From NCBI GenBank assembly GCA_050292445.1, contig JBNKLQ010000001.1, positions 1-50,316 on the forward strand: 50,316 bases of DNA. The letters are read 5' to 3'. Below the pieces are notes generated by a model that saw only the letters and a program-made list of their open reading frames with translations, ran no database searches and was not told the origin of the DNA. Position numbers and translations under genes: made by a program. This document shows positions 1 through 7,926 of this stretch, piece after piece (within the stretch, counting starts at the first letter, position 1; each line of letters begins with the position of its first letter). Source of the stretch: Candidatus Promineifilaceae bacterium. GTDB lineage: Bacteria > Chloroflexota > Anaerolineae > Promineifilales > Promineifilaceae.

Positions 1-510
1 TTTGGGGCCTGCGTTTATGGCGTGCCCGTGATTGCTCATCAGTTGAGCCACCAATTTTTAAGCCAAATGCAGCAAGAAAACGTCGGCGAAACTTATCTGC
101 GCACCAAAGTGGAACGCAATCCAAAGCTGATTTTAGACTGGACGGCTGAAGATTGGGCTGAATTTGAACTGGTGCTGCCGGAAATCACCTACGAGGGCCA
201 GAAGCGGCTGCAATTTGATGATGTGTCGCTGGAACTGGTGCATGTGGGTGGGATTCACGCCGCCGATTCCACCGTCATCAAAGTGGTGAATGATGGCGTT
301 ATGTTCCTGGGCGACTGCTACTATCCTGCTCCGCGCTATGAAAATCCCGCCGACCAGATGTTGGACATGGCGATGCTAGCGAATCTTCTGGATGAGCAGT
401 ATGATCACTACATTGACGGGCACAACGCGCCGATGCAAACGCGCCATGTGCGCCGCATTTTGCGCTCTCAGGCGCTGCTTACTCGCCTGAATGAAACCAA
501 ACCTACCTGA
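1..510 (+). CDS. MBL-fold (beta-lactamase-like) hydrolase-like protein, 3' part; the 5' end is probably outside the window
   Basis: The frame is open from base 1, upstream of the GTG at 22. The segment LELVHVGGIHAADSTVIKVVNDGVMFLGDCYYP resembles the His/Asp region of MBL-fold hydrolases. Stop TGA at 508-510. Confidence 0.45.
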   Translation, partial: FGACVYGVPVIAHQLSHQFLSQMQQENVGETYLRTKVERNPKLILDWTAEDWAEFELVLPEITYEGQKRLQFDDVSLELVHVGGIHAADSTVIKVVNDGVMFLGDCYYPAPRYENPADQMLDMAMLANLLDEQYDHYIDGHNAPMQTRHVRRILRSQALLTRLNETKPT

Positions 511-520
511 GAAAAATTTA

Positions 521-600
521 TTACGAAGGAACAAAGAAACGAAGAAACAAAGCATTTGGCTTCTTTGTTCCTTTCTGCCTTCGTTTCTGCCTTCGTTTCT
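521..600. repeat. Hairpin repeat family 2 (ACGAAGGAAC...GAAGAAACAAAG...GCTTCTTTGTTCCTT), copy A, with internal 12-bp direct repeat TGCCTTCGTTTC x2
   Basis: Shares ACGAAGGAAC, GAAGAAACAAAG and GCTTCTTTGTTCCT blocks in the same order with 33979-34033. The blocks are mutually complementary, giving an imperfect stem-loop. Lies just after the stop at 510. Confidence 0.55.
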
Positions 601-653
601 TTATTATAAGCTTTTGTAGCAAAGCCTTTAATCATTGTGTAAGAAACGTTACT

Positions 654-1457
654 GTGCAGTTGAGTATACTTAATGGCATGAGACGATTTTTGTGGCTTGC
701 CCTTGTTTTGTTGATTTTGACGGCCTGTACCCCAACGGCCGAAACGGCCGTATCACCCCAACCTTCATTTGAAACGGCCGTCCTGCCTACCGCCACCGTT
801 CCCCCGCCTGTTATTGTTGAAGAAAGCGCAGCTGTGGCCGACGCAACGGCCGTTCCTGACCCCACAGCAACCATTGTCGTTGAAGACGAACCAGTCGCCG
901 AGGAAGTTGCTGGTGAAACTGGCGTGGTTAGCGGACGCACGGAAGACGGCGCATTTTTTCTGGGCGACCCCACTGCCCCCATTACCCACATCGACTACTC
1001 TGATTTCCTTTGAGGCAGCTGCCGTGCCTACGTGTTAGGCACAGAGCCGGACATCATTACTAACTATGTGGAAACTGGCCGTGTGAAGCTAATCTTTTGG
1101 CCCGTGCTTAATCATGGTGACCCCAGCGTTTATTCTACACTCACGGCCGAATGCGTGGGCCAACAGGACCCCGATCTATTTTGGATGGTACACGAATATC
1201 TGTTTGAGAATCAGGCTGATTTGTGGCGCGCGGACCGGGATTATTACGTGAATACGGCCGTATCCCTTGGAGCAGACCAGGCACAATTTGAAGCTTGCTA
1301 TGATGGGCCAGACGGCATTGCCACCGTGCTGGAGCTGGATAATATTCGCCGCCAGCGCAGCATCTTCAGCCAACCTATTTTTGATATTAACGGGGAAATT
1401 TTTGTGGGGGCCCAACCTTACGAGGATTTTGCTGCTATTTTTGATGCCCTACCATAA
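654..1457 (+). CDS. DsbA/BdbD-family thiol-disulfide oxidoreductase lipoprotein with an in-frame TGA at 1011-1013 (candidate selenocysteine codon; alternatively a nonsense pseudogene)
   Basis: ORFs 654-1013 and 1032-1457 share one frame and are separated only by the TGA. The N-terminus has a signal peptide with a lipobox-like LILTAC. The thioredoxin-fold part reads FLGDPTAPITHIDYSDFL-[TGA]-GSCRAYV...VETGRVKLIFWPV...DPDLFWMVHEYLFENQ, which is typical of DsbA/BdbD. Confidence 0.6.
1024..1042 (+). promoter_or_regulatory. Candidate bacterial SECIS-like hairpin
   Basis: Perfect 7-bp stem GTGCCTA / TAGGCAC with loop CGTGT. It starts 10 nt after the in-frame TGA, and the loop contains G and U. Confidence 0.35.
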
Positions 1458-1553
1458 CAGAAGCATAACTTTTGATTATTGCTTACTCTGGAACAGGTGG
1501 CCAAACGTACTAACTAGTTGCCTTCTCTGGGTTGCTGTATTAGTATTCAAGTT

Positions 1554-2276
1554 ATGTTCATTGGAAATACAGAAGATGGTGCGGCTAAGTTATTAGTTGT
1601 TGATGATAATATCTCCATTTTGCGTGCTGTAGAGACGGCGTTGCAACGGGAAGCATTTGTGGTGCATACGGCCGTATCTGGTGAAGAAGCATTGTCTGTC
1701 ATCTCCCGCACGGGACTGCCCCATCTGGCCATCATCGATTTAAATATGCCGGGCATGGATGGGTTTGAGCTGTGCGAAGCCATTCACGAATTCTCTGACT
1801 TACCTATCATTATGCTCACCGCCATCGACGATGAAGAAACGGTGGTGTTTGGCTTGGATCGTTACGCGGAAGATTATATTGTGAAACCGTTCCGGCCTGC
1901 GGAGCTGGTAGCACGGGTGCGGCGGGTGCTGCGCCGTATGGGGGATTTTGCCTACACGCTGGAGCCAGTCATCAAAGTGGATGACGATTTGCAGGTTGAT
2001 TTTCCCAATCGTAAAGCGTTTGTGCGGGAGCGGCCAGTGCAGCTTACCCCCACTGAGGCAAAACTGCTCTACATCCTCATGCGCAACGCTGGGCGCACGG
2101 TAACCAATGGCTTTTTGCTGCGCCGTGTCTGGCCCATGGATGATGCATTTGAGGATCGGCTGCACACCCATATTTATCGTTTGCGCCGCAAAATTGAAGT
2201 TTCCCCCAAAGATCCCCATTACATCATTTCTGATTGGGGCACAGGCTACAGCTTTTTGTCCCATCAAGAAGCATAA
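1554..2276 (+). CDS. OmpR/PhoB-type response regulator (receiver plus winged-helix DNA-binding domain)
   Basis: Receiver motifs LLVVDDN, AIIDLNMPGMDG and KPF. The C-terminal winged-helix region reads LTPTEAKLLYILMRNAGRTV...HIYRLRRKIE...GTGYSF. The ORF opens at TTG 1518, but the in-frame ATG at 1554 is preferred. Confidence 0.85.
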   Translation: MFIGNTEDGAAKLLVVDDNISILRAVETALQREAFVVHTAVSGEEALSVISRTGLPHLAIIDLNMPGMDGFELCEAIHEFSDLPIIMLTAIDDEETVVFGLDRYAEDYIVKPFRPAELVARVRRVLRRMGDFAYTLEPVIKVDDDLQVDFPNRKAFVRERPVQLTPTEAKLLYILMRNAGRTVTNGFLLRRVWPMDDAFEDRLHTHIYRLRRKIEVSPKDPHYIISDWGTGYSFLSHQEA

Positions 2277-2317
2277 CAATCCACTTGTCATTCCCGCACA
2301 GGTGGGAATCTACTTCC

Positions 2318-2971
2318 CTAAAACCAACGATCAAAATTAGTTAACACATCGTCAAGCGAGCGATAAAGATAGTCCACGTGGCTGAAATCGGCCGTTTTTG
2401 TTTGGGCATTGGGAATGGCAATCACCGTCATGCCAGCGTTGGCTGCGGCCTGGCTGCCAGGGCCAGAATCCTCTAACGCCAGGCAATCCTGGGGCGCGAT
2501 GCCCAGCCGTTCTGCGGCCAGTAGGTAAATTGCTGGATTGGGCTTGCCATGCGTCACCTCGTCCCCGGCGGCGATGGCCCGGCACTGTTCTTGCAGACCC
2601 AGCTGCTGCAAAATCTCAATGGCGTGGGTGCGCGGACTGGAGGTGGCCACAGCCCAGGGAATGTTGCGGCGGGCAATTTCGGCGTGCAGGGCGTGCAGTC
2701 CGGGCATGGTGGGCACACCGTTGGCCCGAATCTGGCTGTAAATGGCCGCTCGCTTGCTGATGATGGTGGGCACCGCCTCTGGCAGATTGAACAGCTCTTT
2801 GATAACAGGCGTACTTACATCGGCCCGCAGCCCAATAATGTTTTGCACGATCTCTTCGCTGAGCTGATGGCCATACGGCCGTAAATATTCATCCCACGCT
2901 TGTTGTGACAATGGTTCACTATCCACCATCAATCCATCCATATCGAAAACAATTGCTTTGAGCTGGCTCAT
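2318..2971 (-). CDS. HAD-IA family hydrolase (beta-phosphoglucomutase-like)
   Basis: Motif I IVFDMDGLMVDSE, motif II ATSS, and a C-terminal EDSGPG motif. Confidence 0.85.
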   Translation of the reverse strand: MSQLKAIVFDMDGLMVDSEPLSQQAWDEYLRPYGHQLSEEIVQNIIGLRADVSTPVIKELFNLPEAVPTIISKRAAIYSQIRANGVPTMPGLHALHAEIARRNIPWAVATSSPRTHAIEILQQLGLQEQCRAIAAGDEVTHGKPNPAIYLLAAERLGIAPQDCLALEDSGPGSQAAANAGMTVIAIPNAQTKTADFSHVDYLYRSLDDVLTNFDRWF

Positions 2972-2991
2972 TGATTGCCCCGTCTGTTTGA

Positions 2992-3048
2992 ATTTCCCCG
3001 GAAACTTTCAATTAGAGATACGATCCGGAAGTTGGTTTCCGGGGAAAT
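2992..3048. promoter_or_regulatory. Perfect 14-bp inverted repeat in a divergent promoter region
   Basis: ATTTCCCCGGAAAC (2992-3005) and GTTTCCGGGGAAAT (3035-3048) are exact reverse complements. They lie between the divergent genes starting at 2971 (-) and 3114 (+). Confidence 0.4.
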
Positions 3049-3113
3049 GATAAGTTTGAAGATCATCGGCGGGGATTTTACCGTTTCTGTGTTTTTCTGG
3101 CATCCTGCGTAAA

Positions 3114-3626
3114 ATGGGTGGCGTCATGACGAACGCTACTCAGTTGAATTGGTTGCAAAAAATCAATACGCGCATTGCCATGTCGGCGGTGGGTGCCAGG
3201 TTGCTGGCGCGAACGATGCACCATTTGGACCGGGTGGTGCTGCGGTTGGGTAACGGCCGTTTCACGGCCGCCACCCTCCTCACCGGTCTGCAAATCCTCA
3301 GCTTAACCACAACGGGAGCCAAAAGTGGCCAACCTCGCACTGTGCCCCTGGTTGCCATTCCCTACAGCGACAATCGGCTCATTGTGATTGCCTCCAACTG
3401 GGGGCAGACAAAGCATCCCGCTTGGTATCATAATCTTGTGGCCCATCCCCAGGTAACCGTAACGCGAGACGGCCGTTCCCAACCCTACCTTGCCCGGAAA
3501 ACTACCGGTGCTGAACGGAATGCTTGCTGGCAGGCTGCGCTGCAAACCTATCCCGGCTATGCCGCCTACAAACAGCGCACCGAACGGCAAATCCCCGTCA
3601 TTGTGCTCACCCCGCAGACAGATTGA
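3114..3626 (+). CDS. Nitroreductase-family deazaflavin (F420)-dependent oxidoreductase-like protein
   Basis: LSLTTTGAKSGQPRTVPLVAIPYSDNRLIVIASNWGQTKHPAWYHNLVAHPQVTV...YKQRTERQIPVIVL matches the hallmark layout of the F420H2-dependent quinone reductase/DDN family. Confidence 0.8.
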   Translation: MGGVMTNATQLNWLQKINTRIAMSAVGARLLARTMHHLDRVVLRLGNGRFTAATLLTGLQILSLTTTGAKSGQPRTVPLVAIPYSDNRLIVIASNWGQTKHPAWYHNLVAHPQVTVTRDGRSQPYLARKTTGAERNACWQAALQTYPGYAAYKQRTERQIPVIVLTPQTD

Positions 3627-3757
3627 CCTTTCAATTCCTCTCAAATATCGGTTGATTTTTATAGAAACTGGCTGAATCATTCAGAGATGTTTATGATAGG
3701 TTTGTCTTATCACCCGATAAACTACTATTTATACATTCGAGCTATTTGAGAAGGATT

Positions 3758-4897
3758 ATGGCAAAAACGATTTTTTTAACCGGGGCAACAGGATATGTTG
3801 GCTGTCATTTGGCGCACCGCTTTTTGGCAGAGGGACATACCGTTTTGGCGCTTGTGCGGCAAAAGGGCGGACAGTCGGTGCAGCAGCGCATTGCAACGGC
3901 CGTTCTTGAAGTTGGCCCGCTTTCTGATGAAAAAATGGGCAACCTGCTGGCCATCTCCGGCACAGTGGAAGATTCTGCCCAGGAATTAAGCGCCGCCCTG
4001 CGCGCTCAGTTTAGTGACCCTATTGATGAGGTGTGGCACAGTGCCGCCATTTTTAATTTTAAGGAACGGGAACGGCCGTTGGTCGAAGCCACCAATATCG
4101 AAGGCACCCGCCACATGCTCGATCTGACCTGCCAGATCAACCCAGACACGCCGCCTCGCTTCATCTACATCAGCACGGCCTATTGCTTGGGCAGTGAATT
4201 TAATTCGGCCGTGCCCGAAACGATTCCCCAAAAGGTGAATGGGTTTCGTTCAATCTATGAATGGTCCAAGCATAGTGCCGAGCGGTTGGTAGATCAATAT
4301 CAGCAGGCGCAACGGCTGGATGTGACAATTTTCCGGCCTTCGATTGTGATTGGCACGCCAGAAACGGCCGTTCTCTGCAATTCTGGTTACTATCAGGTGC
4401 TTACTGAATGTCGTCGTCTACGCACCTTGCTGGAGCGCCATCAAGGCGATGAGTTCGACGGCAATGTACAGACCCGGCTGCAAGGGAATTCTGGTACGCC
4501 ACTTAACCTGGTCCCCATCGACTTTGTGGTTGAGAGCATGGTGTATCTGGCTCACTGCGTCGATCTGGCCCCAAACCGGACCAATCTGTTCAACATCGTC
4601 AATGAACGACCGCCGACCATCAAAGAAGTGCATCGTGCCCTGGTTTCCAGCCTGGACATGACCGGCTTAAAATTGGTTGCGCCTGATCAGTTTGAAGCAG
4701 AACCCATGAATCAGATAGAAAAAGTGATCAATCGTCGCATTGGCTTCCAAGCGCCCTACATGCACGAGCAGATTCATTTTTCCACCGAGACTTTTCGTCA
4801 GTTTGTGCCCCAGCATGTCTTGCCGCCGCCGCAAGTCAATTGGCGTTACATGGAACAAGTCAACGCCATCTTCCTCGCCCAATTTGAAGATGACTGA
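3758..4897 (+). CDS. SDR-family NAD(P)-dependent oxidoreductase (thioester/acyl reductase-like, epimerase fold)
   Basis: Rossmann motif FLTGATGYVG and catalytic YEWSK (YxxxK). RBS GAAGGA lies 5 nt before the ATG at 3758; the ORF opens at 3746. Confidence 0.8.
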   Translation: MAKTIFLTGATGYVGCHLAHRFLAEGHTVLALVRQKGGQSVQQRIATAVLEVGPLSDEKMGNLLAISGTVEDSAQELSAALRAQFSDPIDEVWHSAAIFNFKERERPLVEATNIEGTRHMLDLTCQINPDTPPRFIYISTAYCLGSEFNSAVPETIPQKVNGFRSIYEWSKHSAERLVDQYQQAQRLDVTIFRPSIVIGTPETAVLCNSGYYQVLTECRRLRTLLERHQGDEFDGNVQTRLQGNSGTPLNLVPIDFVVESMVYLAHCVDLAPNRTNLFNIVNERPPTIKEVHRALVSSLDMTGLKLVAPDQFEAEPMNQIEKVINRRIGFQAPYMHEQIHFSTETFRQFVPQHVLPPPQVNWRYMEQVNAIFLAQFEDD

Positions 4898-5468
4898 AAA
4901 CGAAGCCACCCTCCAATTGCAAATGGTCTGGCCAACTAGCCACCTAACGCAAGCCCTGCCGATAGTACTGCCCACAGGCTATCGTTTGCGTACTTACAAA
5001 CCAGGGGATGAGGCGCGCTTTTTTGAGGTGATGGCTCTGGCCGGTTGGCCGGGTTGGGATGAAGCGAAGTTGAAACCGTGGCTTTACCGAATACTGCCGC
5101 AGGGCTGGTTCATGGCCGTGACTGAAGCAGATGACCAGATTGTGGCCACGGCGATGGCTACCCATGATCATACATGGCTACTGCCGTTTTCTGGTGAGGT
5201 AGGTTGGGTGGCAGGCGATCCGGCACATAAAGGGCGTGGGCTGGGAACGGCCGTCGTCGCGGCCGTTACTGCCCGGTTTATAGAGGTGGGCTACTCGTCC
5301 ATCCATCTGTTTACCGAGCATTACCGGCTGCCAGCCCTTACTATTTACCTGCGATTAGGTTACCTGCCGCTGCTTTACCGCCCAGAGATGTGGGATTTGT
5401 GGCGAGACGTATGTACGGAACTAAGCTGGCCGTATACTCCGGACCTATGGCCCAAGTCACCCGCTTAA
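4890..5468 (+). CDS. GNAT-family N-acetyltransferase
   Basis: The ATG at 4890 overlaps the upstream stop (ATGACTGA). The acetyl-CoA motif is HKGRGLGTAVVAAV. The longer ORF from 4740 overlaps the SDR gene and is not needed. Confidence 0.75.
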   Translation: MTENEATLQLQMVWPTSHLTQALPIVLPTGYRLRTYKPGDEARFFEVMALAGWPGWDEAKLKPWLYRILPQGWFMAVTEADDQIVATAMATHDHTWLLPFSGEVGWVAGDPAHKGRGLGTAVVAAVTARFIEVGYSSIHLFTEHYRLPALTIYLRLGYLPLLYRPEMWDLWRDVCTELSWPYTPDLWPKSPA

Positions 5469-6463
5469 GCCTGATTTTCCGCCACGAGCACTTGTCGGAT
5501 GTAGTACACGGTTTTGTTTTGCGATTCGTAATAGGTGCGCACCATCAGCTCGGCAATGAGGCCCATCACCAGGAACTGTACGCCTAAGATAACCAGCAAA
5601 ACGGCCAGGAGGAGCAACGGCCGTTCCCCAATCTGAAACTCTCTAAAACCGTCCCAAAATTGCCTGGCCTGAACACCGGACCAGATTTTGAGCCAGACGA
5701 GATACAACCCCATCAACGCGCCCAGCCCGCCAAACGAAATGCCCATCATGCCAAATAGATGCATGGGGCGGTCACTGTACTTGCGCAAAAAGAGGATGGT
5801 CACTAAATCGACGATGACGCGGAAGGTGCGCGAGATACCATATTTGGATTTGCCCGCCACCCGCGCCCGATGATTGACGGGCACCTCAGCCATGCTGAAC
5901 CCGGCAAAGCTTACCATTTCTGGAATGAAGCGGTGCAGCTCACCGTACAACTTTAGTTCGTGGGCCACTTCAGCACGGAAGACGCGCAGCGAACAGCCTC
6001 GATCTCGCAAGGGCACATCGCTGAGGCGGGCGATAAGCCGGTTGGCAATAAACGAAGGCAGCTTACGCATCAGGAAAGCATCCTGTCGATTCTCGCGCCA
6101 GCCGTTGACCACATCGTATCCTTCTTCCAATTTTTTAATCATGGCGGGGATGTCAGCTGGGTCATTTTGGCGGTCGGCGTCTATGGTTAGGATATAGCGG
6201 CCACGCGCTTGCTCAAACCCGGCAGCAAAAGCGGCCGTTTGCCCATGATTGCGCCGAAACTGGATACCCACCACGCGATTGTCTGCCTGGTGCAGCGCTT
6301 CTATCACGCTAAAGCTGGTGTCGTTGCTGCCATCATCAATAAAGATGAGTTCATAGCTAAGGGGCTCATCCTTGAGGGCGGCGGTGATTTCCGCCAGCAA
6401 CGGCCGTAAATTTTCTTCTTCGTTATAAACAGGAACAACAATGGATAAATCTAATTTTTTCAT
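5465..6463 (-). CDS. Family 2 glycosyltransferase, polyprenyl-phosphate glycosyltransferase type (GtrB/ArnC/DPM-like) with C-terminal TM helices
   Basis: LSIVVPVYNEEENL, FIDDGSNDTS and DADRQND motifs, followed by two hydrophobic C-terminal helices. The ATG at 6463 is preferred; the ORF opens at GTG 6493. Confidence 0.85.
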   Translation of the reverse strand: MKKLDLSIVVPVYNEEENLRPLLAEITAALKDEPLSYELIFIDDGSNDTSFSVIEALHQADNRVVGIQFRRNHGQTAAFAAGFEQARGRYILTIDADRQNDPADIPAMIKKLEEGYDVVNGWRENRQDAFLMRKLPSFIANRLIARLSDVPLRDRGCSLRVFRAEVAHELKLYGELHRFIPEMVSFAGFSMAEVPVNHRARVAGKSKYGISRTFRVIVDLVTILFLRKYSDRPMHLFGMMGISFGGLGALMGLYLVWLKIWSGVQARQFWDGFREFQIGERPLLLLAVLLVILGVQFLVMGLIAELMVRTYYESQNKTVYYIRQVLVAENQA

Positions 6464-6721
6464 GATTTCAAGTCGTATGCGGGTTGCCTTCACACAGTGA
6501 GCAGGTACTATTTATTGACCTGGGTGCAACGCTCGCACTTTTTTGGGGTTATTGTAAAAGCGGACGCACGTCATACTTTTCCATAGAGAGAATTTTTTTT
6601 GCTAAGCATCTGTGGATCGTGCCGTAAAAGCGAGCGCAATAACCTTAAATGATTCAATCTCGCTTAGGTAAATCTGTATCAGGGCGCGATTATAGCATAT
6701 CGTCACGAAGGATTCGCGTTA

Positions 6722-7690
6722 ATGAAAGTTTCTGTCATTGCTACTGTAAAAAATGAGGGGGAGGCATTACGGCCGTTGTTGGATTCACTCATTCAGCAAA
6801 GCCATATGCCTGATGAAGTAATCATTTGTGATGGTGGCTCCACCGACACCACGCTGGAGATTTTAACCGAGTACAAATTGTGGCTGCCGCTTAAGATTTT
6901 GGTTGTGCCCAATGCCAATATTAGCCAGGGGCGTAATGTGGCGATTGCCGCCGCTGCCGGACCCATTATTGCGGCCACCGATGCTGGCGTGGTGCTGGCC
7001 CCGCACTGGTTGGAAGAACTCATTCAGCCCATTTTGCAGGGGGAAACGGCCGTTGCCAGCGGTTGGTTTGAACCGGATCCCTACACAGATTTTGAAGTCG
7101 TCATGGGGGCCACGGTCCTGCCCACGCGCCGCGAGATTGTGCCAGAGAAGTTTCTGCCCTCCAGCCGTTCGGTCGCTTTCCTTAAATCTGCCTGGGAAGA
7201 AGTGGGCGGCTATCCAGAATGGTTGGATTATAGTGAGGATTTGGTGTTTGATTTTGCCTTGCGTGAGCGGTACGGGAACTTTCCTTTTGTGGATACGGCC
7301 GTTGCCTACTTCCGTCCTCGCAGTGACCTAACCGGTTATTTCAAGCAATATTACAACTATGCCCGAGGCGATGGCAAAGCCAACTTGTGGCCCAAGCGGC
7401 ATGTGGTGCGCTACTTCACCTATTTGGTGGGACTCCCTTACATCCTGCGCCTGATCTGGCGCGAGAAGTGGCCCGGCTGGGTGCTTCTGCTGCTGGGCAG
7501 CGGCGTCTACTGCCAGCGGCCCGCGCAGCGGCTGTGGGGCAACACCTGGGGCTGGCGACCGCCATCCCGGCTGCGTGCGTTCGCCCTTATCCCCATCATT
7601 CGCCTAGTAGGCGATGTGGCCAAGATGCTGGGTTATCCGGTTGGCCTTATCTGGCGCTGGCGACATCGGGATTTGATCGGTAATCAGTAA
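6722..7690 (+). CDS. Family 2 glycosyltransferase
   Basis: VSVIATVKNEGEALRPLLDSL...VIICDGGSTDTT and ATDAG motifs. The stop lies inside the CAGT-unit repeat (…GGTAATCAGTAA). Confidence 0.8.
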   Translation: MKVSVIATVKNEGEALRPLLDSLIQQSHMPDEVIICDGGSTDTTLEILTEYKLWLPLKILVVPNANISQGRNVAIAAAAGPIIAATDAGVVLAPHWLEELIQPILQGETAVASGWFEPDPYTDFEVVMGATVLPTRREIVPEKFLPSSRSVAFLKSAWEEVGGYPEWLDYSEDLVFDFALRERYGNFPFVDTAVAYFRPRSDLTGYFKQYYNYARGDGKANLWPKRHVVRYFTYLVGLPYILRLIWREKWPGWVLLLLGSGVYCQRPAQRLWGNTWGWRPPSRLRAFALIPIIRLVGDVAKMLGYPVGLIWRWRHRDLIGNQ

Positions 7691-7784
7691 TCGGTCGATC
7701 AGTAATCAGTGGTAGTAGGCCAGCGAGCAATTGTGTGCTGAAGCGCTTCTACTGATGACTGTTTCACTGAATACCGATTACCGG
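7675..7784. repeat. CAGT-unit hairpin element, copy 1
   Basis: Left arm GATCGGTAATCAGTAATCGGTCGATCAGTAATCAGTGG. Right arm CTACTGATGACTGTTTCACTGAATACCGATTACCGG, which is its imperfect reverse complement. Confidence 0.65.
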
Positions 7785-7866
7785 CCAGAGCGACCATTAG
7801 AAATTTGCAAGAACCGATCCCCCCTGTCTTGACGCTCCCCAAACCCATGTTAAGATCACGTCACTA

Positions 7867-7892
7867 CAGCCGACAAGTCCGTCGGCTGTTTT
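7867..7892 (+). terminator. Rho-independent terminator-like hairpin
   Basis: CAGCCGAC-aagtcc-GTCGGCTG followed by TTTT. It may terminate the GT2 gene, or it may act as a leader hairpin for the gene at 7927. Confidence 0.4.
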
Positions 7893-7926
7893 ATCGTCAT
7901 AGGTAAATACGCGACGAAATAATGCA

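Noticed and set aside
1011-1013. TGA read as Trp (alternative genetic code), or a sequencing frameshift joining the two DsbA-like ORFs
   Set aside because: TGA clearly terminates other well-supported genes in this window. Both ORF halves are already in the same frame, so no frameshift is needed. Only the selenocysteine and nonsense-mutation explanations remain.
4740-4889. Long 5' extension of the GNAT ORF overlapping the SDR gene by 158 nt
   Set aside because: The extension has a Cys/Arg/Ser-rich non-protein-like translation. The internal ATG at 4890 overlaps the SDR stop in a classic ATGA-type coupling and leaves a normal-length GNAT.
5465-5468. Four-nucleotide overlap of convergent stop codons (TTAA shared by the GNAT and GT2 genes)
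   Set aside because: It is real but is an ordinary consequence of tight packing. No hairpin or other signal is associated with it.
6525-6640. Three loosely similar words (AAAAGTGCGAGCG, AAAAGCGGACGCA, AAAAGCGAGCGCA) in the divergent GT2-GT2 spacer
   Set aside because: The similarity is short and degenerate, and I cannot distinguish it from chance without statistics.
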